The position numbers and the translations under genes are program-made. This document shows, one piece after another, positions 18,366-27,148 of a stretch of DNA of 32,957 nucleotides. Source of the DNA: Caldimonas sp. (GTDB lineage: Bacteria > Pseudomonadota > Gammaproteobacteria > Burkholderiales > Burkholderiaceae_C); assembly GCA_030150305.1 (NCBI GenBank), contig JASLGD010000567.1, positions 1 through 32,957 of the forward strand, written 5' to 3'. The notes beneath the pieces were generated by a model that saw only the letters and a list, made by a program, of their open reading frames with translations, made no database searches and was not told the DNA's origin. Position 1 is the stretch's first letter; each line of letters starts with the position of its first letter.

Positions 18366-19640
18366 ATGAGACGGATCGCCGTCGTCGGCGCCGGGATCGC
18401 CGGGCTCGTCGCGGCGCGAGAGCTCGCCCGCAGCGATCGCGTCACGCTGTTCGAGGCCGCCGAGCACTTCGGCGGCCATGCGCATACGGTCGATTGCACG
18501 CTCGGCGGCCGCACCCACGGCGTCGACACCGCGTTCATCGTCTTCAACGAGCGCGCGCATCCGAGCGTCGCCGCGCTCTTCGCCGAGCTCGGGGTGCGCA
18601 CGAGCGCCGCCGAGATGTCGTTCTCGGCGCAGATCCCGTCGGCGCGGATCGAGTGGAGCAGCGCCGGCGCCGGCGGCGTCTTCGCGCAGCGTTCGAACCT
18701 GCTGCGGCCCGCGTTCTGGAGCATGCTCGGCGAGGTGCGCCGCTTTCGGCGCCTCGCGACGCGGCTGCTCGCGCGCGACTCCGAGCGCAGCCGCGCCGCG
18801 CTCGACGATGCCCTCGGCGACTTCCTGCAGGCGCGCCGCTTCTCGAGCGCGTTTCGCGACTGGTACCTGCTGCCGATCGTGGCGACGATCTGGGCCTGCG
18901 CGCCCGAGCAGATGCTGCGCTTTCCGCTCGGCGAGCTGCTGCGCTTCTGCGCCGCCAACGGCTTGCTGCAGCTCGGCGAGCGCGCGCCGTGGCGATCGGT
19001 GCGCGGCGGCGCCTCGATCGCGGTCGACCGCATCCTCGATGCGATTCCCGATGCGCGGCGTTCGACCGCGGTGCGCCGCGTCCGCCGACTCGCCGGCGGC
19101 GGCATCGAGATCGCGACCGCCGTCGGCAGCGAGCGCTTCGATGCCGCGGTGCTCGCGTGCCACAGCGACCAGGCGCTCGCGCTCCTCGCCGATCCCGGCG
19201 ACGACGAGCGCGAGGTGCTCGGCGCGATCCGCTGGCAGCGCAACCGCGCCGTGCTGCACTCCGACATTCGCGTGCTGCCCGAGCGCAAGGCGGCGTGGGC
19301 GGCGTGGAACTACGAGCGGTCGGGGCGAGCCGCGGCCGGCGCGACCGGCACCGTCTGCGTCCACGTGCTTCTCAATCGGCTGCAGGCGCTGCCGTTCGAC
19401 GCGCCCGCGATCGTCACGCTCAACCCGCTCTTCGAGCCGCCGGGCAAGCTCGTCCAGGGCGAGTTCCACTACGCCCACCCGGTGTTCGACCGCCGCGCGA
19501 TCGCGGCGCAGGCGCGCATTGGCGAGCTGCAGGGGCGCCGCGACACCTGGTACTGCGGCGCCTGGACCGGCCGCGGCAGCCACGAGGACGGCGTCGTCTC
19601 GGCGCTCGCGGTCTGTCGCGCGCTGCAGCGCGACCGCTGA
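18366..19640 (+). CDS. FAD-dependent oxidoreductase (predicted NAD/FAD-binding protein, UfaD/RSP1091-like)
   Basis: RIAVVGAGIAGL Rossmann motif, GGHAHTV, VDTAFIVFN, ACHSDQAL, WAAWNY, YAHPVF, WYCGAW.G.GSHEDG. Confidence 0.85.
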   Translation: MRRIAVVGAGIAGLVAARELARSDRVTLFEAAEHFGGHAHTVDCTLGGRTHGVDTAFIVFNERAHPSVAALFAELGVRTSAAEMSFSAQIPSARIEWSSAGAGGVFAQRSNLLRPAFWSMLGEVRRFRRLATRLLARDSERSRAALDDALGDFLQARRFSSAFRDWYLLPIVATIWACAPEQMLRFPLGELLRFCAANGLLQLGERAPWRSVRGGASIAVDRILDAIPDARRSTAVRRVRRLAGGGIEIATAVGSERFDAAVLACHSDQALALLADPGDDEREVLGAIRWQRNRAVLHSDIRVLPERKAAWAAWNYERSGRAAAGATGTVCVHVLLNRLQALPFDAPAIVTLNPLFEPPGKLVQGEFHYAHPVFDRRAIAAQARIGELQGRRDTWYCGAWTGRGSHEDGVVSALAVCRALQRDR

Positions 19641-19651
19641 ACGCGCCAGCG

Positions 19652-20611
19652 TCAGCGCAGCCAGCCCTTCTTGCGGAAGTAGAGGAACGGCGCTGCCACC
19701 GACGCGACCATCAGCAGCAGAGCGTAGCCATAGCCGAACCGCCAGTCGAACTCGGGGATTGCCTTGAAGTTCATGCCGTAGATGCTCGCGATCAGCGTCG
19801 GCGGCAGCAGCGCGACGCTCGCGACGGAGAAGATCTTGATGATCTTGTTCTGGTTGATGTTGATGAAGCCGACGGTCGCGTTCATCAGGAAGTTGATCTT
19901 GTCGAACAGGAACGTGCTGTGGCTGTCGAGCGAGTCGATGTCGCGCAGGATCTGGCGCGCCTCCTCGAACTGCTCCGCGCCGAGCAGGCGGCTGCGCATC
20001 ATGAAGCTGACGGCGCGCCGCGTGTCCATCACGTTCCTGCGGATGCGCCCGTTGAGGTCTTCCTCGCGCGCGATCGCCGACAGCGCCTCGCCCGCGGCCT
20101 GGTCGTTGACCTGCTGGCGCAGCACGCGCGCGCTCACCGCCTCGAGGCTGTCGTAGATGCCCTCGAGCGCATCGGCCGAGTACTCGGCATCGGCGTCGTA
20201 GAGCTTGAGGAGGACGTCCTTGGCGTCTTCGATCAGCGCCGGGATGCGGCGCGCGCGCAGCCGCAGCAGCCGGAACACCGGCAGCGCCTCGGCGTGCACC
20301 GAGAAGAGGATGTTGCGGTAGAGGATGAAGGCGACGCGCACCAGCCGTGGCGTCTCGTCGTCGATCAGGAAGTCGGAGCGGATGTGCAGCTCGCCGTTGT
20401 CTTCCTCGTAGAAGCGCGCCGACTCCTCGAGGTCGTCGTCGACGGCGTCGCTCGGGATCGTGAGGCCGAAGCGCTCGGCGACCCAGCCCTTCTCCTGCTC
20501 GGTCGGCCCCTCGAGATCAACCCAGACCGGCTGCACGCCGGACAGCGCGGCGAGGCTTTCGATCTCTTCCTGGAACAGGCGGCCGCTGGCCAGCGTGAAG
20601 ACGTTCAGCAT
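19652..20611 (-). CDS. corA: Magnesium/cobalt transporter CorA
   Basis: LPPTLIASIYGMNF signature and two C-terminal TMs; ATG at 20611 with GGAG RBS. Confidence 0.96.
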   Translation of the reverse strand: MLNVFTLASGRLFQEEIESLAALSGVQPVWVDLEGPTEQEKGWVAERFGLTIPSDAVDDDLEESARFYEEDNGELHIRSDFLIDDETPRLVRVAFILYRNILFSVHAEALPVFRLLRLRARRIPALIEDAKDVLLKLYDADAEYSADALEGIYDSLEAVSARVLRQQVNDQAAGEALSAIAREEDLNGRIRRNVMDTRRAVSFMMRSRLLGAEQFEEARQILRDIDSLDSHSTFLFDKINFLMNATVGFININQNKIIKIFSVASVALLPPTLIASIYGMNFKAIPEFDWRFGYGYALLLMVASVAAPFLYFRKKGWLR

Positions 20612-20666
20612 GCAGGCTCCGGCGAGCATGACCCGGCTCGCCAGGAGCGGACGGTCATCGTGGCTG

Positions 20667-20694
20667 GGAACTTTCCAGGAACGCCGTCGTCACG
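20667..20694 (+). promoter_or_regulatory. Putative sigmaE-type promoter upstream of hpf
   Basis: GGAACTT (20667-20673), 16-nt spacer, TCACG (20690-20694). Confidence 0.4.
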
Positions 20695-20860
20695 AGATGC
20701 GGTGACAAATTATCGCATCGCGGTTTGCGCTTGCGTGAGCGGCGCGTGTGCCGTGCGGCACGGCGATAGACTGATTTTTCGAGCGCGACGACCCTGATCG
20801 CGAGACAGGCTTCGGCGCCTCTGCTACCGTCTCCGTGCGCACCTGCGAAAGGACTCGTCC

Positions 20861-21202
20861 ATGAACCTGACGATCAGCGGTCATCACCTCGAAGTCACTC
20901 CGGCGCTGCGCGAATACGTGCTCGCCAAGCTCGACCGCGTCACCCGCCACTTCGACCAGGTCACCGGCATCACGGTGCTGCTCTCGATCGAGAAGCCGGC
21001 GGAAAAGGAGCGGCGGCAACGCGCCGAGGTGACGGTTCATGTCAAGGGCAAGGACCTGTTCGCGGAATGCTGTTCGGAGGACCTCTACGCCGCGATCGAC
21101 CAGCTGATGGACAAGCTCGACCGCCAGGTCGTCCGCCACAAGGACCGCGTCCAGGACCACCACCACACCGCGCCGAAACGGATCGACGCGCCGACGCCTT
21201 GA
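20861..21202 (+). CDS. hpf: Ribosome hibernation promoting factor (HPF/RaiA family)
   Basis: [20 protein letters not shown]...[25 protein letters not shown]. Confidence 0.95.
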   Translation: MNLTISGHHLEVTPALREYVLAKLDRVTRHFDQVTGITVLLSIEKPAEKERRQRAEVTVHVKGKDLFAECCSEDLYAAIDQLMDKLDRQVVRHKDRVQDHHHTAPKRIDAPTP

Positions 21203-21353
21203 GCGGTCTGCACGCCCGGTGTTGCCGGCGCGCAGCACCGGCGCGCCTTCCGGCGCTCGGAGGCGGCCGACGCAGGCACGCACGCCATCGCAACACCATA
21301 ATTCCCCGTTTGCCCCTCCGTCCGCAGCCGTGCGCCCGCGGGCGATCCTGCCC

Positions 21354-21824
21354 ATGAACCGACTCGCCGCCATCCTGCCCGTCGTCGACGTGGTCGTCGA
21401 CGTCGACGCGACCAGCAAGAAGCGCGCATTCGAGCAGGCGGGCCTGCTGTTCGAGAACCAGCACGCGATCGCGCGCGCGACGGTGACGGACAACCTCTTC
21501 GCGCGCGAGCGGCTCGGCTCGACCGGCCTCGGCCACGGCGTCGCGATCCCGCACGGGCGCATCAAGGGATTGAAGAACCCGCTCGCCGCGGTGCTGCGGG
21601 TGCGGCAGGCGATCGCGTTCGACGCCCCCGACGACGAGCCGGTGTCGCTGCTGATCTTCCTCCTCGTCCCGGAGGCCGCGACGCAGCGCCACCTCGAGAT
21701 CCTGTCGGAGATCGCCGAGATGCTCTCCGACCGCGAGCTGCGCGAGCGGCTGAAGACCGAGCCGCTCGCCGCCGAAGTGCACCGGATCATCGCCTCCTGG
21801 GAACCGCTGAAGTCGGTGGCGTAG
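21354..21824 (+). CDS. ptsN: PTS EIIA-Ntr
   Basis: [19 protein letters not shown] phospho-His motif, [12 protein letters not shown] at 21354. Confidence 0.95.
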   Translation: MNRLAAILPVVDVVVDVDATSKKRAFEQAGLLFENQHAIARATVTDNLFARERLGSTGLGHGVAIPHGRIKGLKNPLAAVLRVRQAIAFDAPDDEPVSLLIFLLVPEAATQRHLEILSEIAEMLSDRELRERLKTEPLAAEVHRIIASWEPLKSVA

Positions 21825-21852
21825 CGGCGTTGAAGAACGCGCTTCGGCCGGG

Positions 21853-21918
21853 CGCCGGGCCGCTCGCAAGGCCGGCCGAGCCCCTTCGGAGGCCAGCGAC
21901 CGAAGGGAGCATGGGGGC
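21853..21918 (+). repeat. 66-bp REP/MITE-like dispersed repeat, copy A
   Basis: 47/66 ungapped identities by hand alignment with the reverse complement of 25440-25505. Confidence 0.65.
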
Positions 21919-21921
21919 ACG

Positions 21922-22872
21922 ATGAAGCCGACCGTCATCAGCGCCGAGGCGCTGTTCGAGGAGTTCCGGACGACGCTGCACTGGGAGTGGATCGCCGGCC
22001 ACGCCCATCCCGAGCGCCACTTCGACGAAGCCGCGATCCGCGACGCGCGCTCGGCCGCCGACCTCGTCGGCTATCTCAACTACATCCACCCGAACCGGGT
22101 GCAGATCGTCGGCCGCCGCGAAGTTTCGTATCTCAACGCGCCCAATCCCGAGGTCACCGATCGCCGCATCTCGCGCATCGTCACCCTCGAGCCGCCGGTG
22201 CTGATCGTCGCCGACGCGCAGGTGCCGCCCGACCGCCTCGTCGCGCTCTGCGACCGGGCCGACATTCCGCTCTTCGTCACCGACGAATCGGCCGGCCACG
22301 TCATCGACGTCGTGCGCGGCTACCTCGGCCAGCACTTCGCCGAGCGGACGACGCGTCATGGCGTCTTCATGGACATCCTCGGCATCGGCGTGCTGCTGAC
22401 CGGCGAGTCGGGCCTGGGAAAAAGCGAGCTCGGGCTCGAGCTGATCTCGCGCGGCCACGGCCTCGTCGCCGACGACGCGGTCGACCTCTACCGCGTCTCG
22501 CAGACGGCGCTCGAAGGGCGCTGCCCCGACCTGCTGATGAACCTGCTCGAGGTGCGCGGCATCGGCCTGCTCGACATCAAGGCGATCTTCGGCGAGACCG
22601 CGGTGCGCAGGAAGATGCGGCTGAAGCTGATCGTCCACCTCGTGCGCAAGGAGACGATGGACCGCGACTTCGAGCGGCTGCCCTACGAGCCGCTCAGCGA
22701 GGACATCCTCGAGGTGCCGGTGCGAAAGACCGTGATCGCGGTCGACGCCGGGCGCAACCTCGCTGTGCTCGTCGAGGCGGCGGTCCGCAACACCATCCTG
22801 CAGCTGCGCGGCATCGACACCTACGCCGAGTTCATCGCCCGCCATCACAAGGCGATGGGCAAGGTCGACTGA
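21922..22872 (+). CDS. hprK: HPr kinase/phosphorylase
   Basis: Walker [34 protein letters not shown]. Confidence 0.97.
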   Translation: MKPTVISAEALFEEFRTTLHWEWIAGHAHPERHFDEAAIRDARSAADLVGYLNYIHPNRVQIVGRREVSYLNAPNPEVTDRRISRIVTLEPPVLIVADAQVPPDRLVALCDRADIPLFVTDESAGHVIDVVRGYLGQHFAERTTRHGVFMDILGIGVLLTGESGLGKSELGLELISRGHGLVADDAVDLYRVSQTALEGRCPDLLMNLLEVRGIGLLDIKAIFGETAVRRKMRLKLIVHLVRKETMDRDFERLPYEPLSEDILEVPVRKTVIAVDAGRNLAVLVEAAVRNTILQLRGIDTYAEFIARHHKAMGKVD

Positions 22873-22883
22873 CGCCGCTCGGA

Positions 22884-22912
22884 TGAATTCGGCGCCTGCG
22901 GCGCCGAATTCA
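22884..22912. terminator. Perfect 13-bp hairpin between convergent hprK and fur
   Basis: TGAATTCGGCGCC-TGC-GGCGCCGAATTCA; includes the fur stop codon; no clear U-tract. Confidence 0.55.
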
Positions 22913-23338
22913 CTTGTTCCTGAACTCGCAGTTCTTCTTCGTGCAGATCGCGTACAGCGCGAGCGCGTGGTCCTGCAGCTCGAAGCCGCGCGTCGTCGCG
23001 ACCGAGCGCTGGCGCTTCTCGATCTCGGCGTCGTAGAACTCCTCGACGCGACCGCAGTCGATGCAGACGAGGTGGTCGTGGTGCTTGCCCTCGTTGAGCT
23101 CGAACACCGCCTTGCCGCTCTCGAAGTGGCTGCGCGAGAGGATCCCGGCCTGCTCGAACTGCATCAGCACGCGGTAGACGGTCGCCAGCCCGATGTCGGC
23201 GTGCTCGGCGATGAGGACGCGAAAGACGTCCTCCGCGCTCATGTGGCGCTGCCGGGTGTTCTGGAACACTTCGAGCACCTTGATGCGCGGCAGCGTCGCC
23301 TTGAGGCCGCTGTTCTTCAGCTCTTCGGCGTGGGTCAT
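22910..23338 (-). CDS. fur: Ferric uptake regulator
   Basis: [26 protein letters not shown]; divergent from bamE, as is typical. Confidence 0.97.
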   Translation of the reverse strand: MTHAEELKNSGLKATLPRIKVLEVFQNTRQRHMSAEDVFRVLIAEHADIGLATVYRVLMQFEQAGILSRSHFESGKAVFELNEGKHHDHLVCIDCGRVEEFYDAEIEKRQRSVATTRGFELQDHALALYAICTKKNCEFRNK

Positions 23339-23367
23339 GGCAGGCGGTCGGGCCGGAGGTGCGCCGG

Positions 23368-23385
23368 TAGAATCGGGTCATCATA
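23368..23385. promoter_or_regulatory. Overlapping divergent -10 boxes for bamE (+, TAGAAT) and fur (-, TATGAT)
   Basis: TAGAAT at 23368-23373 on +; TATGAT at 23385-23380 on -. Confidence 0.45.
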
Positions 23386-23436
23386 CGAGCTTGGCGCGTG
23401 CGTCGAACCACGCCGCGCGAACGCCCCGTCCCCGCC

Positions 23437-23976
23437 ATGCCCATCCATCGCGTCCCTCGCGTCGCCGCCTGCCTCGGCCTGCTCGGCCTGGCGCTCGCCG
23501 GCTGCTCCTCGCTGCAGACTTCGGACAGCTTTCTCGGCGTCATCACGCCGTATCGCGTCGAGGTCGTGCAGGGCAACGTCGTCACCAGCGAGCAGGTCGC
23601 GCTCGCCAAGCCCGGGCTGACGCGCGCACAGGTGCGCGACGTCCTCGGCTCGCCGCTGCTCGCCGACCCGTTCCACGCCGATCGCTGGGACTACGTCTTC
23701 ACGATCCGGCGGCAAGGCGCGGCGCCGCAGATGCACCGCGTCGTCGTCCGCTTCAAGGACGACGTGCTCGCGAGCGTGGAAGGCGCCGCAAACCTGCCGA
23801 GCGAGCACGAGTTCGTCGCCTCGATCGATACCTTCAAGACATCGCGCAACGCTCCTCCGCTCGTCCTGAGCGACGAGCAGCTGAAGGCGCTGCCCGTGCC
23901 GCAGCGGCCCGCCGCGGCCGAGCCCGCGCCGCCGGTGCCGAACCGCACCTACCCTCCGCTCGAGCCGCGCTCATGA
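23437..23976 (+). CDS. bamE: Outer membrane protein assembly lipoprotein BamE (OmlA/SmpA)
   Basis: Lipobox [30 protein letters not shown]. Confidence 0.93.
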   Translation: MPIHRVPRVAACLGLLGLALAGCSSLQTSDSFLGVITPYRVEVVQGNVVTSEQVALAKPGLTRAQVRDVLGSPLLADPFHADRWDYVFTIRRQGAAPQMHRVVVRFKDDVLASVEGAANLPSEHEFVASIDTFKTSRNAPPLVLSDEQLKALPVPQRPAAAEPAPPVPNRTYPPLEPRS

Positions 23977-24787
23977 CCGGCGACGGCCAGCGCCGCCGCA
24001 TCGCGATCGCCGGAGCCTCCGGGCGAATGGGGCATGCCCTCGTCGAGGCGGTCGTCGCCAGCCGCGACCTCGTCCTCGCCGCCGCGTTCGACGTTCCCGG
24101 CAGCCCCGCGATCGGCAGCGATGCCGCCGCGTTCCTCGGCCGGCCGAGCGGTGTCGTCGTCTCGGCCGACGCGCGCGCGGCGCTCCGCGCGAGCGAGGTG
24201 CTGATCGACTTCACGCGGCCCGAGGGCACGCTCGCGCACCTGGCGCTCTGCCGCGAGCTCGGCGTCGCCGCGGTGGTCGGCACGACCGGCTTCGACGCCG
24301 AGCAAAAGCGCGCGATCGCCGCGCACGCCGAGCACATCCCCATCGTGCTCGCGCCGAACATGAGCGTCGGCGTCAACGTCGTGCTGAAGCTGCTCGAGGT
24401 CGCGGGCCGCGCGCTCGCCGACGGCTTCGACGTCGAGATCGTCGAGACGCACCACCGCATGAAGGTCGACGCGCCGAGCGGCACCGCGCTGAAGATGGGC
24501 GAGGTCATCGCCGCGGCGCAGGGCAAGGCGCTCGACAGCGTCGCCGCGCTCGACCGCAACGGCGCGCGCCGCCCCGGCGCGATCGGCTTCGCGTCGCTGC
24601 GTGGCGGCGACATCGTCGGCGATCACACCGTCCTCTTCGCCGGCAACGGCGAGCGGATCGAGATCACGCATCGCTCGTCGAGCCGCACGACCTACGCGGA
24701 AGGAAGCCTGCGCGCCGCACGCTTCGTGCTCGGCAGGAAGGCGGGGCTGTTCGGCATGGACGAGGTGCTCGGCCTCGCGGACGCGCG

Positions 24788-24791
<4 letters not shown>
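23973..24791 (+). CDS. dapB: 4-hydroxy-tetrahydrodipicolinate reductase
   Basis: [38 protein letters not shown] overlap with bamE. Confidence 0.97.
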
Positions 24792-25438
<647 letters not shown>

Positions 25439-25439
25439 A

Positions 25440-25505
25440 GCCGCCGCGCACGCCTCGTTCGCTGCGCCCCGAGGGGCCGCTGCCGGAATCGGGAGCGACC
25501 CGGCG
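25440..25505 (-). repeat. 66-bp REP/MITE-like dispersed repeat, copy B (inverted relative to A)
   Basis: Reverse complement aligns without gaps to 21853-21918 at 47/66. Confidence 0.65.
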
Positions 25506-25525
25506 CGCGACCGGAGGCGATTGAC

Positions 25526-25942
25526 ATGCCGTTCGGCCGCCTCGAGCGCAACCCCGGCGCGCAGCCGATGAGCGACATCAACATGACGCCGCTGATCGAC
25601 GTCATGCTCGTGCTGCTCGTCATCTTCATGATCACGGCGCCGCTGATGACGTCGAGCCTCAAGCTCGACCTGCCGCGCACCGATGCGGCGCAGGCGAGCG
25701 ATACGCCGCAGTTCGTCAGCGTTGCGCTCGACCGCGATGGCCGCACGTTCTGGGGCGACGAGGCGGTCGACGCGGCGACGTTCGCCGAGCGCGTCGCCGC
25801 GGCGGCGCGGCGCAACCCGCAGACCGAGGTCCAGCTGCGCGCCGACAAGGCGGTGCCGTACGGCCGCGTCGCCGAGCTGATCGGCGTCGTGCAGAAGGCC
25901 GGGCTGACGCGGATCGGCTTCGTCGCCGAGGCCGAGAAGTAG
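25526..25942 (+). CDS. exbD: ExbD/TolR family protein
   Basis: INMTPLIDVMLVLLVIFMITAP, LRADKAVPYG; GGAGG RBS. Confidence 0.92.
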   Translation: MPFGRLERNPGAQPMSDINMTPLIDVMLVLLVIFMITAPLMTSSLKLDLPRTDAAQASDTPQFVSVALDRDGRTFWGDEAVDAATFAERVAAAARRNPQTEVQLRADKAVPYGRVAELIGVVQKAGLTRIGFVAEAEK

Positions 25943-26092
25943 AGGCCGCCGGGCGCACGAGCGCCCGCGCCGAGGGCGGGCGGCCTTTCGGAGCAGCGAT
26001 GTCGCACGCGGTCGCGCTCACGGCAGGGCGCTGCGGCAACGCCCGGCCGGCGCGCTCGACAGCACGGCCATCCTCGCTGCGCGGCTTGCCCG

Positions 26093-26962
26093 CTACCAGT
26101 CCTCGTGTCGACGCAGGTAGGTCGCGAACCGCGGCACCCCGTTGGACGTGACGTCGCGATAGCGGTACGTGACGTGCGAGCCGATCGGCGGCGGGTTGCG
26201 CCGTTCGGCGTCGCTGAGCCCGCTGCCGATGAAGAACCGGGTGCCGTCTTCGGTCTCGACCTCGAGCGCACCGAGCTGCCCGCGGTACTTGCCGCTGCCG
26301 CGGCGATGGCCGACGACGCGCGCCTCGGCGTCGAGCGTCGGCTTGAGCTTGAACACCGCATCGCTGCGGCCGCCGACGTGCGCGGCCGACGCGACGTGCA
26401 GCACCAGGCCCTCGCCGCCCGCGCCGACGACGCGCTCGAGGTCGCGCGCGAGCGCGGCGCGCCCGCCGACGCGCCACTGCGGCGCGAGCTCGGCCGGGCC
26501 GCTGCCGCGCGGCAGGATCGCGGCGAGCCTCGCGATGCGCTCGTCGAACGTGCCGTCGGCCACGGGCTGGTCGAACACCATGTAGCGCACCGACGACCAC
26601 GCCACCGGGTCGGGCGAAGCATGGCGCACGGTCGCTGACAGCCGTTCGAAGCGGCCGCGCCCGATCCACAGTTCGCCGTCGAGCGGCTCGGGCGGCAGCG
26701 CGTCGAGGAACGACGACGGCGCCGAGACGGTGCGGCCGCTGCGGTGGCGAAGCGTCCGCCCGTCCCAGAGGGCGCGCACGCCGTCGTATTTCTCGCTGAC
26801 AAGACAGCGCGCCGGATCGACCTGCTCGCGATAGACCGAAGCGAGCTCGGGGCGCGGCGGCGTCGGCGCAGGCGCTGCCGCGCCGGCCCAGCGTGGCAGC
26901 GCGAGCGAGCCGAGCGCGACGAGCGCGAGCCGTCGTGCGGTAGAGGTGGAGGAGGTGGCCAT
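26093..26962 (-). CDS. Minimal ATP-dependent DNA ligase with signal peptide (Lig E type, 289 aa)
   Basis: Motif I SEKYDGVRA, LDGELW, YMVFD, GEGLVL, KLKP, OB-fold IGSGLSD...PRFA; ATG at 26962 with GGAG 7 nt upstream. Confidence 0.9.
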   Translation of the reverse strand: MATSSTSTARRLALVALGSLALPRWAGAAAPAPTPPRPELASVYREQVDPARCLVSEKYDGVRALWDGRTLRHRSGRTVSAPSSFLDALPPEPLDGELWIGRGRFERLSATVRHASPDPVAWSSVRYMVFDQPVADGTFDERIARLAAILPRGSGPAELAPQWRVGGRAALARDLERVVGAGGEGLVLHVASAAHVGGRSDAVFKLKPTLDAEARVVGHRRGSGKYRGQLGALEVETEDGTRFFIGSGLSDAERRNPPPIGSHVTYRYRDVTSNGVPRFATYLRRHEDW

Positions 26963-27110
26963 CGACGAACTCCGCAATGCGCGTTTGCGCGTGCGGCGAA
27001 TCGTTGCCGCGGCGGCCCGCCGCGTCGAGCGCTCCGGAGCAGGACGCGCGGGCTCCCCCGAGGAGAGGATCGACACGCGCGCCGCAGCACGTCCTGCGCG
27101 AACGCGTTTC

Positions 27111-27116
27111 TATAAT
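27111..27116 (+). promoter_or_regulatory. Consensus -10 box for leuS operon
   Basis: TATAAT 32 nt upstream of the leuS ATG in a GC-rich background; no good -35 seen. Confidence 0.5.
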
Positions 27117-27148
27117 CGATCGATGGCTGCCTTCCGCATCGCACCCGC

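Noticed and set aside
17920..18369. 149-aa ORF crossing the sRNA candidate
   Set aside because: Overlaps gst, has low-complexity composition and no motif; the RNA structure explains the region better.
20748..20764. GC-rich palindromes upstream of hpf; possible sigma54 site
   Set aside because: Short GC palindromes are frequent at this composition, and there is no correctly spaced -12 TTGC.
25943..26092. Spacer between convergent exbD and ligase with GGGCGC/GCGCCC hairpin
   Set aside because: Short GC stems without a U-tract; not distinguishable from background.
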